Program-made: the position numbers and the translations under genes
Part shown: positions 26,383-40,040 of the stretch, piece by piece
How the letters are laid out: each line of letters begins with the position of its first letter
Position numbering within the stretch: the stretch's first letter is position 1
NCBI GenBank assembly: GCA_051294905.1
Contig: CM119372.1
Coordinates: 37,450,001-37,514,000 of the forward strand
Origin: Botryllus schlosseri
Lineage: Eukaryota
Length of the DNA stretch: 64,000 nucleotides
Direction: 5' to 3'
Notes under the pieces: generated by a model
What the model was told of the DNA's origin: nothing
What the model saw: only the letters and a program-made list of their open reading frames with translations
Database searches by the model: none

Positions 26383-29186
26383 TCACTCTGCGCAGTGGAT
26401 TTCGCAGATTTTACTGGTCGCTAATTGAATCAGGTCGTCTTCGAAGCTGTTGATTACGTCGCTAACTTCCATGATCAGATCCTTATCACCAGTGATGTCT
26501 AATAGCTGTTGCATGAACGAACGATGGCCCTTCCGCGATATACCGAGCGCGATAATCTAAAAGAGAGTGGATGATTTTGAATATGGAAATAGGATGCCGC
26601 ATATTAATCAATGCCAATTTGTGACATGGGATCAAGGTCAGTTATTCAACCTGCTGATGTACAACCAATCACCTTAACTTAAATGATTTGTTCATGCTTA
26701 TATACCTTCTATTAAATTATTGTACACTAATTATTTGTATAGTTGAAATGGATAACTCCATCACGCAAACAGCACGTTTGAATTCGACCTTGTGAGACTT
26801 GAGATTCCCCGAGCAAGTGTGGGACGAGGCATACTGTAGGGTTACTAATTTTTGCCTAAACTGCATACTGTACAGTTTTCACTAAACCTCGGGATTGAGT
26901 GTGGGGAATCAAATGTATGAATATCGGCCTGGTATGCCATGGCCGTATATCTTATGAAGTCACATTATACCAGTGTAGCATTTGAATACTTGTATTGCTC
27001 ATACTCGTGGTTATGTTGTTGCTGCTTCCACTTTTACCAGATACTTAGGCAACCCTAGTTTACACTTTGGATTACGAACGTAGATAGTTGTCGTATATGG
27101 TATGCTTGAATCACTCTTAAAAGTTAAATTTTGGTGACAACTTGGGGAAAGAGTCATTGAGTAACTTACCTTAATATAGTTTCGAAAATGTCATTTATTT
27201 GTAGTGTAATTCGTCATTTCGCGTTCGTCACTACGATTAACCCTGCAATTTCTTACGCGGTCACCTCAGATTAGCTGTTAAAATGATGCGATCCATCAAC
27301 CAATTCTAATTTTTGGAACTATAATCCCTTCAATATTTTTAAAATAATCATTTTCTACATCTACTTGAAGTCGTTGGCCACGCCTTCGAGATCTCTACTT
27401 GTACTGGTGGTTGAGTAAAAATTCCGGAAGTTATTGTAAATCCACGAATGTATCCGATGAAGGTTTATACCACGTGTTTTTATCGCTCCATACCTCGGCA
27501 ATCGATTATGTACGATTATTACATCCTTTTGCATATCGTTCGATTATATGTAATTACCACGCACGTGGAACTCAGTGAGATTCATTGCCAAATGTCCCTT
27601 GAATTAACGTTTGAATAAACTTATTAGGTCTTGGGCAGTACACGCGGTTTTGAAAATACAGAACTAAGTAGCCAAGCAAGCTAAGCCTAATATTTTGGTA
27701 AGCTCTACTTATACTTCAGGAATAAGTTCTGATCACCGGCAACATACTTCAAATTTTGACTTTGACACTTGCACACTACACTAACTTTTGACTTAAAATA
27801 CTAATTGAGAATGACAACATCAACAAACAAGGTGCACCCACGTCGACGCCGCTCTCTCGCAGTTGCTTGGCCGTTGCTTTGAATTCGTCGTTTGACTTCC
27901 CGTCGGTTAGTATCCAGAGCATGTCGCTGACGTTGGGACGATTGTTGTGCTTGAAAACGTAATCCCGCGCGTAACGGAGAGCTTGGCCGATGAACGTGCC
28001 TGGTGAAAGATTTTATTTTCGTTCTGAAACGATACTAAAAGATTCGGGAAAATACAGAGGTGGTCAGTGACGATGTACTTCTACTTTTACGCAGCACTCA
28101 AGTATGTTTTGCCTACTCGCATTAGTTATCCATGTCGTTATGTACTACATGTCATCGATTTTCAGATGCATCAAGACGACGTACACAATTATAGACAATT
28201 AGCTTGATAGTATACTTTAGAAGTCGTTTTTTTTTAATGAATTAGCTTGTGCTCATGATGAAAGTAATTATATAGTTCGTGGTGTCACATACCTTCGTTG
28301 TAATAAGCATCTTGACGTGTTTTTAGTAATCAATAATAACAATATGTTTCTATTTAATAGTTTTCCGGCAAAACTATTCGAATTTTAGACTCTGGCTTTC
28401 TTAAAGAAGAAAGTAGTTTTAGGTTATGTTTCAATCACGGTCAACACTGAAATCTTCATAACTGAGTATATTTTCGAATATTGCGCCAATTTTATTGCCA
28501 ATAACCATTTTACATTAATCGGTTTGTTGAACTCTGCCACACCCACCGACGTTCGGCTACTAAAACACGAGACTTCTCGGCTCATATTATAAGTTTTGAC
28601 GCAATTGAATAGAGTGCATTTTAAAACTTAATTTTCTATTTCCACGACAGTTCAAGCAGATTTGACATGCTTTGTTAATCGCCATCACGAGTGTCACTAT
28701 CATGTATATAAAAAATGTCAAATATTTCTCTCACCGCCGCCGTTCTTCGGCATGTTTTGTATAGCGGTGGTCAGGGTCTCTATATTTTCATGATCACCAA
28801 AGAGAATTTGGGATGACGTGTCGATTTCCTTGTTGAATCGGAACATTGCGATCCGCACGTTGTTCGGAGATATGTTAAACTTACTGCAAAAGAGAATGCG
28901 CATTAGAAAGGTTTCCATTTCCCGCTATTTATAATTTATCCGTAAAGTATAATTTTAGTTCGGATCAAGATACTGAAGATAAAATTGCCAATATGTGGAA
29001 TTTCGAGAGCCAGTCTTCTTTTCGTTACGAGGACAACAGTAACCCCGATTATAACTCTAACCTTCACTTACCTTACTACTCGCATTACAAATCTCTTCAT
29101 TTGAACCCACTCATCGCTGCTGATAGAACCAGATGAATCGATAGCTATCACAATATCCTTCCTCGCTGTTGGCGGACACAGGACAC
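26383..29186 (-). CDS. exons 8-11, von Willebrand factor A domain
   Basis: DIVIAIDSSGSI (MIDAS DxSxS), VRIAMFRF, GGGTFIGQAL (MIDAS T), WILTDGKS (MIDAS D), LRESGVDIIALGI, ending KICEIHCAE*. Confidence 0.93.
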
Positions 29187-32100
29187 CTAGTAATTACATA
29201 CGATAACGGTAATGTAACGTGATTATGTATTCTCGACGGAAGAGAAGTTACACGTACCACTACAGCATGGCTTTCGGTGGGTCCATTGCGCTCTACCCCG
29301 CCTCCAGACACACTGAGAATTTTCCGTCTCGACTGGAGTTAAAAAGAGTTCGCTCTCCCCACAATCGAATTTACAAATTGTCCCGATGGTGTTGTTTGTC
29401 GTTGTGCAATTCACGTTTCCATATTTAATACCACCGAGATCACTGCATCTGGCGGCTGTATAAAGGACACGACATGTAAAAAAATATATACCACCGTCAG
29501 TGATTAATCAGCCATGGACCTCACAGTGCATCTTGCTACTCAAGTTGCTCAAATAAAAGTAGAAATAGCACCAGAAATTTCTACTCACTAAGAAGTAGAA
29601 GTTTTAATTACCGTGACTTTTCAAAACTACTTCAAGTGGACGAAGAAAATGAAGGTTATGAAAATATTTATGTAAGTAGCGTAGAATAGTATACTGATTT
29701 CAGTTATTCATTGGTGTCTACTCGGAATTTCGAGATACGCTGCGATTCGACCAACACCATTGACTAATTACGATAAAACGAATCAATCTTCGAAAATATA
29801 TAAAGCAAACACTGTCATGGTTTTTTCAGTCCATAATAAAATCTTGCACATAAAGGTAATGCAAACCCATCGCAAAATCTTCTTCAACTTTTCAAAAAAC
29901 AACCTGCATAAGTAAGTACGTTGGCCATAATACGTTTCAGTCGACCTGGAAGTAGTTTAACATAACCTAGTCCAACTTTAGTACGGGCAAAGTCGGCCAA
30001 AACTACGTGTGTACTCCGAAAAAGAAGGAGCACTTCGTTGTGATCACCTCACGCAGTTTCAGTATTACTCACGTGGACAGGTGGGTGATTCGTCAGTCCA
30101 TGCCGGACCAGCGGGGGTGTTAACACACGAAACAGCCGCAGCTCCATCCAACTCGAACCGCAGATCACACGAGAATATGCAGTACGCGCCCACTTTGTCG
30201 TTGCCGAAACATTTCACATCTCCATTTTTCGGTGCGGTGACTGGAGTGCATACAGCTGCGAGCAGACGTTGAAAACATTGATATAAAATCGACATCTGTT
30301 ATCATCAAGGGTGACAGTTGCAAAGTCCTTTGGTATTCTCGAAGAAGTCAAGTATAGGTTTACCGTACTTGCACTTTACGTACTCGCGTGCCTCTGTTTT
30401 TATAATACTGCCACATCTACATGGATTGTATTTATTCAGAACGACTACTTTTTACACTTTTGATTTCATAAGTCAACTCAAGTGGTTGCGTTTTTAAAAT
30501 ACTTCAACTTCTCCCTTAACATTGTTCAGGAATACCTATACTTATTTTTATACATTCGGGTTTTGAAAAGTAATAGAGAGTAGATTCATGATGGGTTTGG
30601 ATCAATTCTATATGAGCGGGATTGATACAACAACTACGTGAAATAGCAACGTATCATTGTAGCAGACATAATGCCGAGGAATTTACCTAGTCGTAATGTC
30701 AATAGTCATTTTGTAATAGTTACAAAAATATCTCGCAATTTCAGAAGTCCCCGGTTACCTGCTAAATTTATGCCACCGCTAAACCAAGTATACTTTTTAA
30801 ATATACTCCCTTCAGAAGTTTTATACCTCCCATTCCTACGTCCACTTGAAATACTTTTGACACGTATTCGAAATCTCTACTACTTGTAGCAAAGTATGGT
30901 TTCACCATTCCACTTTTAAATTGACTTCGGTAACAACGATGGATCCTCATATCACTTCCAGGTATACTAGTAATTATTCATATTTTATGAATTTGAATTT
31001 ATACTCACGAAGTCGTCTGCATACAGGAAGCGCTCCGGTCCACATCGCGATATCCCCAAATCCCTGACATAAGGCCCGGTCATTTCCAACAAGCAAATAG
31101 CGGGGATTGCAGACGTATTTGCAAACGCTACCGATGTATCTGCTTCTCTGGCAACTGACGTTTCCGTTCTCGGGAGCCTTCGGTGGCGTTACGCATGTCG
31201 CTGTTGACAAGGAGGTCATATTTCAAATCCTATCTCTGGTGTTTGAACTGTATAGTTTATATGTTAACTTACGTTCACTCGGTGGCTTCTTCGTGGCGTT
31301 CGCAAACACTATAAGAAAGATGATAAAACGTTGAAAGATTTCAAGTACATGTAGATGAATAAGATTGAAAAGTTGAGATCGAAGAAATTAAGAGTCGAAT
31401 AATAGTTTAGATCATGCAGTGGTTCTTAATCTGTGTTAGCCTGGCTAACCCTCCTGCTAATCTGAAAGCATTTCTTGGACCCCAAACATTTGCCTAGTCA
31501 GAAAACCCAAACTCCACGAAATCTAATACATGATTTCTGTATAAAACAAAATTATGAATATAATGAATATTACTGCAAAGCAGTGTGACTTATGCTGTAT
31601 AAATCAGGCGTCTTGATATCCAACGAACCACCGATACTGTTTCAACAAACCACTGGATTAATTTGGGAAGGGAGTGGCGCAGTTGGTTATGCGCCAGTGT
31701 TGCGACACAAATGATAGTGGTGCGAATCTCGCTTGGGGCCTACTTCTATGTTGAGAGTGCGACTGAAAGTCATCCGCAAAATCGTACGAAAAGCAAAAGA
31801 CCAAACAAAAGGACAATATTAGTGATCGAGGTCAAATGACCTTATCAGCGATAAGCGCAAAATGTGTTACATAAAAACAGACAGTGGATTCACGTGAACA
31901 CCGTTAGGAACTACTGGGTTATCTAAAATATACATAGAGTTTAAATTGGAGTTGGAAAATATATTTTCGTTTATTGAAATAAATGTTGCTATTAACTCAA
32001 AGCAGCTTACTTGTCTCACAGAGCAATTCATTCTCGTTACAGTTGTCAGTGTTGCAGCAGCATCGGCACACCGAATTCGCGATTCCACCGTTGCACTGCG

Positions 32101-32516
32101 AAGGCCTCCACGCGCTCCTGGGATTCTGTAAAAGATACAGAAATATAGCTAGTACGTAAACGACATAATCGTATGACGAATCAGTCTGCCCCTACTTGAA
32201 TGTGATTGTTTCCACAGGCGTGTTCTTCTTTACAGCTTGTTCTGATCGTGGGCCTGCTTCCCCAGCCCGATGAGAAGCGCAGTTCGGTTTGGCAAACCGT
32301 TTCCGTCTTTTTGCACACTTGCATGCGGCCGAATTCAATGCATTGCCCGGGAGATCGCGCATTCTCGCATCTCCAACACTTCAGGGCTGCCGAAAGAATT
32401 AGGATAAATTTTGAGTGTCTAGTAGCCAGTTTTTATACTTATATACCTTCGGAGCACGCGACGAGCACGACCAGAATAGCCAGTGACAGATGAAAGAAAA
32501 GTTTGACGTTTGACAT
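26383..32516 (-). CDS. 11-exon secreted protein, 526 aa: signal peptide + Ly6/uPAR-like Cys-rich domain + 3 sushi/CCP + vWA (selectin/complement factor B-like architecture, no protease domain)
   Basis: Hand-spliced exons (minus): 32516-32447, 32386-32196, 32125-32011, 31308-31273, 31200-31009, 30255-30073, 29455-29258, 29186-29072, 28883-28735, 27999-27842, 26556-26383. All introns are GT..AG with matching phases; total 1581 nt with no internal stop. AATAAA at 26315-26310. Confidence 0.93.
29258..31200 (-). CDS. exons 5-7, three sushi/CCP domains
   Basis: CVTPPKAPENGNVSC...CKYVCNPRYLLVG...C...WTGALPVC; CTPVTAPKNGDVKC...CIFSCDLRFELDG...C...WTDESPTC; CSDLGGIKYGNVNC...CKFDC...C...WTHRKPCC. One domain per phase-1 exon. 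Confidence 0.92.
31273..31308 (-). CDS. exon 4, 36-nt linker micro-exon
   Basis: ttcttatAG|TGTTTGCG...GAAC|GTAAGT, phase 1-1, encodes (M)FANATKKPPSE. Confidence 0.7.
32011..32386 (-). CDS. exons 2-3, Ly6/uPAR (three-finger)-like Cys-rich domain
   Basis: LKCWRCENARSPGQCIEFGRMQVCKKTETVCQTELR...TSCKEEHACGNNHIQ|NPRSAWRPSQCNGGIANSVCRCCCNTDNCN; starts LxCxxC and ends CCxxDxCN like LU domains. Confidence 0.8.
32447..32516 (-). CDS. exon 1, signal peptide
   Basis: MSNVKLFFHLSLAILVVLVACSE, followed by donor G|GTATAT (phase 1). Confidence 0.88.
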
Positions 32517-33201
32517 GATTTATCTCACGTGGCAGTATGATACGGTATAATTAGTAATACGATGTTCTGGTAGGCTGAAATGATTGTGGTTTTTGTTTTT
32601 GAGATGTAGAAAAGTTCAATAATCATTTCCTTGAATAGGCAGTAGGTATGGGCAATTCTAGTTGCTTGAGTGACTCGGCTTTGAGTAGAGTGTTAAGCTT
32701 CTAGTCTTCGATTGCAGCATACCAGTACACGACAATACGAAAAAAAACAGTAATAGTGGACATTAGAGTTGTAAAATATATTATTTCGGTCATAAAAATA
32801 ATTAGTTGTGACCACGGCTATTCCAGAGCGCTTTAAGCATTGTGCAATATATTCTGGGCGTTTGGTTACGAAAAACTGAGACTTCGAGGCTCTGACAGTG
32901 CGACGAAAGTGTTGAAACTATATCCAGGCGAATAAAATCTATCCAATTGTGTGGGGCGTAAATTTTCGTTTCTCGAAAAAACTTATCGACACTTATGACC
33001 CTACCCAAATCATTATAAATGGTACTCGGACTAGGATCCCAGTAATCAAATCGTTGTGCGTAGCCACAGTTAGAACACACTCGGAACACTGTGAATACAT
33101 GTAAAGCTGCTATATGCAGATGAAATGCTTCTCCATATGGATACGGAGACGCACTTGCCAAAGCTAGAGACTTCACGGCCTTTTATAGGATATATCGCAG
33201 C

Positions 33202-34363
33202 ATGCTTATTCAAGTTTTCCTCATGCATTGTTACTGCGCAGAAAATAGCGATACGTTTGACGTCCAACGCCGAAGCCGCAGGCGAAAATACTATATTTCC
33301 CAGTTCCAATCGACGTCATCACGCAAGTGTTTGTGCTCTGGTAATAGACATGAGTCGCTTGCCGGCGTTAATCCTCGTGTAATCTCGATTTTAAAAATGT
33401 CCCGCCGGTTGAGTCACGTGCTGTTTGAAATGGAGTTCCAAGTAAAAAGCAACTGCGTGAGCTTCAAGACTTGACATATTCCAGATCGTGCTGTCGAACG
33501 TTTGAATATTTGAAAATTGTAATTTTTGTTTCGCAACTTTCGATGTCGTGGATGATGATGGGAAAATCTGCAACGCTTTTCTTCCCAAACCCTGACCAAA
33601 ATCCTACTTGATTACTTCCCAGTACAAAATCATGACAACTTTATCTAGGAGTACTTTACGTACTGTTCGAAAATGTATTCTTACCGAAAAAGTGCGAATT
33701 CACACCCGTGTACCACCCAAGGTTGCATTTAAAACAAAAATCAATTTAAAACAAACATGATTAAATCAAGGCTATTGTTTGAAACATGTTTTTTATTGTT
33801 TTTTTAAGTGGATTGATAATGACAATTGAAAATATAGGGTGAAGATAGCTCCTTTGACAAAATATCTACGTACTATGGCTGATGAACCGACTATTTTGTG
33901 GGTTCCAACCATCTCATATCGTATGGGTCGGCTATATCGGGTGGTAATTGTCCGCAGGCTCATACAACATGTTTTTTGGAAAGTATTTACACAATTATGC
34001 AACTTGAAAACAAATTCATTTTTTTTTTGAAGGCATTTGATTAAAACACTGTTTAAAACATGTTTTAAACAAAGGGTTTTAAACAACCATTGGTTTCAAA
34101 TGCAGCCCTGGTACCACGCGTGATATGCAGGTGATATACACCCGTGGTACACAAATCCAGAACCTAGCTAGACTTACACCACGGTATAAATCGAAAACAA
34201 CATGTTAAACCAAATAATTCTTGCACGCATAGGGACTAAGAATGGTATGTGCATAGTCACGTAAGATTTATAACCGCGATATAATTCTGAGTTAGGTTCT
34301 GTTTCTGTGTACCACCCTTTGACTGAGAATACACACTTTTTTCGCCAACAGTGTACCACTTAA
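33202..34363 (+). pseudogene. decayed FGF-like remnant F3, interrupted by a MITE
   Basis: RRRKYYISQFQSTSSRKCLC, LFEMEF, NCNFCFATFDVVDDDG, KCILTEKV, GMCI...THFF; hAT MITE 33718-34110 inserted. Confidence 0.4.
33718..34110. mobile_element. hAT MITE (GGTTGCATTTAAAAC family)
   Basis: TSD GTACCACC/GTACCACG; sister copy at 58361-58691 with perfect TSD CCAGTAGT. Confidence 0.8.
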
Positions 34364-34971
34364 GACGCTCATAAGTACTGCGTCTACAGGATTAGCATTA
34401 GCCACGGTACGGCTATAGACCAGTAGTTCATAACCGAGCTTCGGACCAACCCCGGGTGTTCGCCGCACTAGTATCCGGGGTTCGGTCGTGGCAACGACAC
34501 TGATATCATGCGTGATCACAACGCAATAAATATTTAGCATATTTTTTCAATATCACGTTTTAATGGTTTTATTTTTTTTAACAGCACCAAAATATTTGTA
34601 CGGTGCACCAGTGATAATGAGCATGCTTCACAAACTTTTCACACTACACCAGGGTTTCTTTTCTGGGTCCACGGACTAGATTCTGGGTTCATGAAAGTTC
34701 AAAATCGAGTCCGAGGCGAAAAAACCAGTATCTTGAATTTACAGCCATTGTATTTATAAATGCGCCGGTTAGAAGGTAGATGATCCCTTCACTAAAAATT
34801 GGATTTTCGGTAGTTATCAGCAGTGTTTCGGAATATGTGAATGATATCCCTAATCGGTAGATTTATCACAATCACTGAGCGAAAGCGATGATAAACCTTG
34901 ACATAAATCTAGACTAAAGCCGTTATGTTACCCGTGGAACAATCGATAGCTTTGTTATATCAGACATTCTA

Positions 34972-35500
34972 ATGAAAAGCTTTGCATAGGTTATAGAGAC
35001 CAGTTTGTCTTCTCCGGGCAGTTATGACTATATTTTATAGCCCGTGCGAGACGTGACCGCTATCAGCGACGAAACGGATGCAGCAGAATTCAATATAAAT
35101 ATTGTTCAGCGTCCATCACAGAAAATGTGGCTCTCAACCTCTCGAAGACATTGTCTTTACCTTTGAAGCGCATTTGAGGATGTATGACCAGATATTCTAA
35201 TGGAATGTACTTATTTTATCCGAATTTACGTAATTATTGTTCTTATTAGGCTGATAAAAGTGGGGATAAATATATCCATGTGCGAAAAGCACTAATCAGT
35301 ACCACAATGTTGGAGGCTGAGAAAGTCTCCACATCGCCGCAATCAAGCAAAAGTGTTTTGTAAATCGACAGACAAAGATTCGAACTAATACACATGTGTA
35401 AAAGGTCCATAAATGTAAAAATACCATCACATAACATATCGTTGCGATCACCTTTCTAGTCGCTTCAACCGAAACTATAGTAAATGCCCTATTGTATTGC
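34972..35500 (+). pseudogene. decayed FGF-like remnant F4
   Basis: LSTSRRHCLY (35131-35160) matches F3 QSTSSRKCLC; KSGDKYIHV; AITFL (35444-35458) resembles FGF AILFL. Confidence 0.3.
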
Positions 35501-37833
35501 AAGAGATTGACTGGTAGTGGAAATGTGAAAACTGCTTGTCAACTAGATTTGCATCCGTAACTCGTCAGCTGCAGTACTGGCGGAATATTGGATAACATGA
35601 TCCCCGGACATTATTGACAATGCTACATTGGTATGTTCCTTGATTAGCTTCCTAGCGTGATACCCGAATTCAAATAGCTATTTACTTTTCTGCTATGCTA
35701 TACCAAACTTGTTATTTTGTATTATATGTTCTCAGTCCGATCATAGGAATCCTAATGTCGATATGCGATTGTCCTGAACTGATCCATCATCCCAGCCTAA
35801 ATTTACTATTCACCGGTGAACGCAACCATGCAGTGTTGGAACAGCGTGCTATTTTAGCGAGCATGTGCGTCATCGCGGTATTCGCATGAAGAGCCCATAG
35901 TGCTTAGAAGTATTATATCCAGTAATATAAACATTACTACGTCACACGTTCTGCTATCTTTAGACTGCGCTACTTTTCAGTGACGTGAATTTTAATGCGT
36001 TCAACTGTAGATTTACGCATAATCACTAAAGCAAGGTTATATTTTAATGTGATATCTTTCCCAATTAAAATATAATTCAATTGTTATGGCATTGGTATTT
36101 GACTTTGACGTTGGTTTTAAGCATCATCAGTCAATTTTGATCTGTCTCGCCTGATTAATGTCTCGTCTGTATGAGCTTGAACGTATTGATGCAAGACTGT
36201 TGCTTGATTGAGTATCTGGGAATCTTTGTAATTATTCCTGGAGAATTCTGATTCTCCTCGATCGCATGAAGTGATAATGTTGTAGCAATCGCGCGAAAAC
36301 CAATCCTATAGGTAGCTTCCAAACGATATGACACACACACGTAATTGGAATATTGTATTTTTATTCCAGAGAAGTTCATTATATCCAATATTTAGATGTG
36401 CCGTCAGCTGGCTTGTTTGAGATCAGTGAATCTTCCCGTCATTGCACATTGAATAAACTGGCCATGTCGTCTGTAATCGTAGAAATATGTACTTACTCGT
36501 GCGGAGCGGATCGACAAATTCTCTGGTCCGACTCCGATCCGGTTCTTCAATTATCTGGCCCGGCTCCCATCCGACTCTGGCCTTATCAGGAAAAAGTGCT
36601 AATTTGGCTCCGATCCGGCTCCGGCCGAAAGTAAAAATTCCGGCCGTACACGGCACGGTGGTTCCGTGAATTTAGAAATAATGCTCGTTTATTTTCGCAC
36701 TAGCTTGGCGGTTACTTGTGTGTTGTTGGCAGGGCTTTGGAGCCGGAGCCAGAGCCCGGAGCCGGAGCCCCGGAGTCGTGCATTTTTACCGGAGCTGGAA
36801 CCGGAGCCGGAACGCTACATAAAATTTAGCCGGAGCCGGAGCTGGAGCCAGTTATTTGAGGGGTAGGTCCGGTTCCAACGTATATGTCATAAGATGCTAT
36901 TATATATGCAACAACCATATCTGCTGAGTTCACATAATTCAACGGCAGGCCTTCGCGAAATTAAGAATCTTTTCCTCTTTGGCGCTATACCTTTTCCGAC
37001 TAACCATGTTCCAGGGGATTTAGCAGCAGAGCAGTCATATGTTCAATGTTCAATTTTCATACATGAGTGCCGAACCTCGGTATGCAAAATATGCCTGTGA
37101 ATATTGTGGGTATTCGGCATATCCGCAATTTCATCATCAGCACAACCTTGCTGGCCAATTGTACGGTTCGAAAATAATGATGACTATGTATTACGCGAAA
37201 TGGGAGAGAGGATAAAAACGTGATTTCATTGCACATGTCGACATGACGAGCACGAGCCGAGAAATTCCTTCTCATCGTTGCTATGAATTGGATGAGCAAA
37301 TACTCGTTCTTTCGTGTTAGTTCTTTAATCGGGCCGCGAGATTGGAAAGTGTTATTGAGTATGCAATTATGCATGCGAATTGGATTTCAGTACTGCGCAT
37401 GATCGTCATTCACTCCAGGATTTTCGAGCGTAAATGGGGGATGGCAGAAGAGTATCCCAAAACGCCGTTACACTTAGCAAACATTTGTCGCGGTGTGAGC
37501 TACTCAATACGATGTCAGGACCCCATGGTATTTTATGTTGGAGACAAATTACAGATTTGATACGCGATTTCCAATTTGTAATGATTCGTTTCGTAAATTC
37601 ATTCTTGACGTCTGCTTGACACTCTAGTATTCCCGGATTATCGCGCACTGTGACTTGTAAATGAGCCATGTGCATACTGCATAGTTTAATTCGTTATGGG
37701 CATGGCGCAATGTTCATGCCACGGTGTTTAATTCGATTATTCGATTCGTTTCAATGGGAAGATATTATAGACCGATAAACTTGATTGACACCGGATGGAC
37801 TGGTAACGAGTGCACCAATATCGAACGTCAAAC

Positions 37834-39660
37834 CATAGTGTCCTATATGGTGTCGACACAAGCAAATCTCACGGTTCAATGAAATTGTATCACGTCACAA
37901 TTTCCATTTGGCTACGGGCAATTTAGCGGTCATTTTTGACCGGCTTGCCGAGCATTAAATTTGATGAGTCGGGTATCAATCGAAAGCTGACTCTGCACTG
38001 ATTACGAAAATATAAATTTTATTCCACTCATGGCCCTGGAACCCCCACAATCAGCCCCAAATTATTCATTGTTAAGTAGGTTGGCAGTGTGACGCAACAA
38101 TGCTGTCTGGCGAAACGAGAGACTAGCTCAAGAGCAAGGATGCCGCTGAGCGGCGAGAGTGGGATCAGCTGACGTCGCGGCAATAGCAATGAGCAATCGC
38201 GTCGCAGAGAAACGCTGCGCTGTTGATACTTTTCTACGCGCTTTCTATGCAAACTCTGTTGGGCCGAATGGACAATGGACATTCAGTTATTCACAGATGC
38301 GAAAAAAATAATGCAAATCCGTTTTACGTAAGTTACATTAGGAATATAAATACAGGCTACAGAATGAATATAATTCAAATATCTGTGATACCACTGTATT
38401 ACTTTTGACGCAAAAGGTCCCCGGCATTCAAAAAAACTGTTTGGTGATTGAAAAATGATAAACCAAATTCCAACGTCAACGTTTATAGTGATATCAGATA
38501 TATTCCAGTGAAAAACAAAGGTATGGATTTGGTGGTAACATTTTGGAGTCATTTGGCAGGTCTGGCCCGCAAGCTTTCCAATAACGGATTGAATCCGGAC
38601 AGTAATCCCAGTTTAATTCGACACTCCTGCTGTTAAACTTTATTCAACAATCAACATTTTACCTGCTGCATTCGCGGACCAAGTCCTACCCTTACGGATC
38701 AAATAAAAGCTTGTAATGTATGCCCATGCTCAATGCTCATTGCTCACACTCCACCATAAAAGCGACTATAGAAAGTATCGATCGACACCCATCTCGCCAC
38801 GCATCTCTGGAGCCCTACGCAACAAGCGGCTAAGGTAATCGATATCATAATAATCTGACATATTCAATGTAGACTACTTAAACGTAGCCTACATATCTCT
38901 ATCAGCTGAAGGATATTGCGCGAAAATTGGTAGGGACCAAAAACATTCTGTGGACCCAGTTCTACCCTTAAAAGTCAAGGAAAGGCTGGTGTGTGCTCGC
39001 TTTAGCGAAGCGCCTATAGAAAGTATCAACAGCGCCACGCGTCTCTGGAGTCCTACGCAACTAGCGGGCTAAGGCAATCGATATCATAATAATGTGACAT
39101 ATCCAATGTAGACTATTTAGACGTAGCCTCAATATCTCTATCAGTTGAAGGATAATGCGCGAAAATTGGTAGGGCCCTAATACATTCTGTGGACCCAGTT
39201 CTACCGTTAAAAGTTAAGGAAAGGCTGATAAGGCGTGCTCGCTTGTACCGAAGCGCATAGAAAAGTATCAACAGCGCAGCGTTTCTCTGCGACGCGATTG
39301 CTCATTGCTATTGCCGCGACGTCAGCTGATCCCACTCTCGCCGCTCGGCCGCATCCTTGCTCTTGAGCTAGTCTCTCGTTTCGCCAGACAGCATTGTTGC
39401 GTCACACTGCCAACCTACTTAACAATGAATAATTTGGGGCTGATTGTGGGGGTTCCAGGGCCATGAGTGGAATAAAATTTATATTTTCGTAATCAGTGCA
39501 GAGTCAGCTTTCGATTGATACCCGACTCATCAAATTTAATGCTCGACAAGCCGGTCAAAAATGACCGTTAAATTGCCTGTAGCCAAATGGAAATTGTGAC
39601 GTGATACAATTTCATTGAACCGTGAGATTTGCTTGTGTCGACACCATATAGGACACTATG
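37834..39660. mobile_element. P/Galileo-like foldback element with about 410-bp TIRs and an internal 245-bp direct duplication
   Basis: CATAGTG...CACTATG termini, perfect 7-bp TSD GTCAAAC. Confidence 0.88.
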
Positions 39661-40040
39661 GTCAAACCATTGGTCATTTGGTACAAATCTAATTTCTATT
39701 GATCAGGTCGTGATATCCGCCCATATTGCTCTTACTACAGTTACAGTTGAATAATAATCGCACATTTAAAGATTAAATTGAGCTGCATGGCTGATAATGT
39801 AAACGAGTACAGTGCCACTGTTAAAACGCCGCATCAGAATTTTAATGCTGTACAAGGCAATGGCATGGAGTAAAGTGCAACTATGATGTTATCGACTATT
39901 GAAAAGTATTCATTATGGCGTCACAAGCCGGCACGGCGGCACCTATGTCTTCGTTGCTGCATACGATGTTGCTGACGGCTGACAGGCTCTAGATTACTAT
40001 AGATAACTAACCTACGGGTAAATTAGTAATCTATATAGAC

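Noticed and set aside
31670..31742. tRNA gene (also 58855-58906)
   Set aside because: A/B-box-like sequence but no convincing cloverleaf; probably decayed SINE heads.
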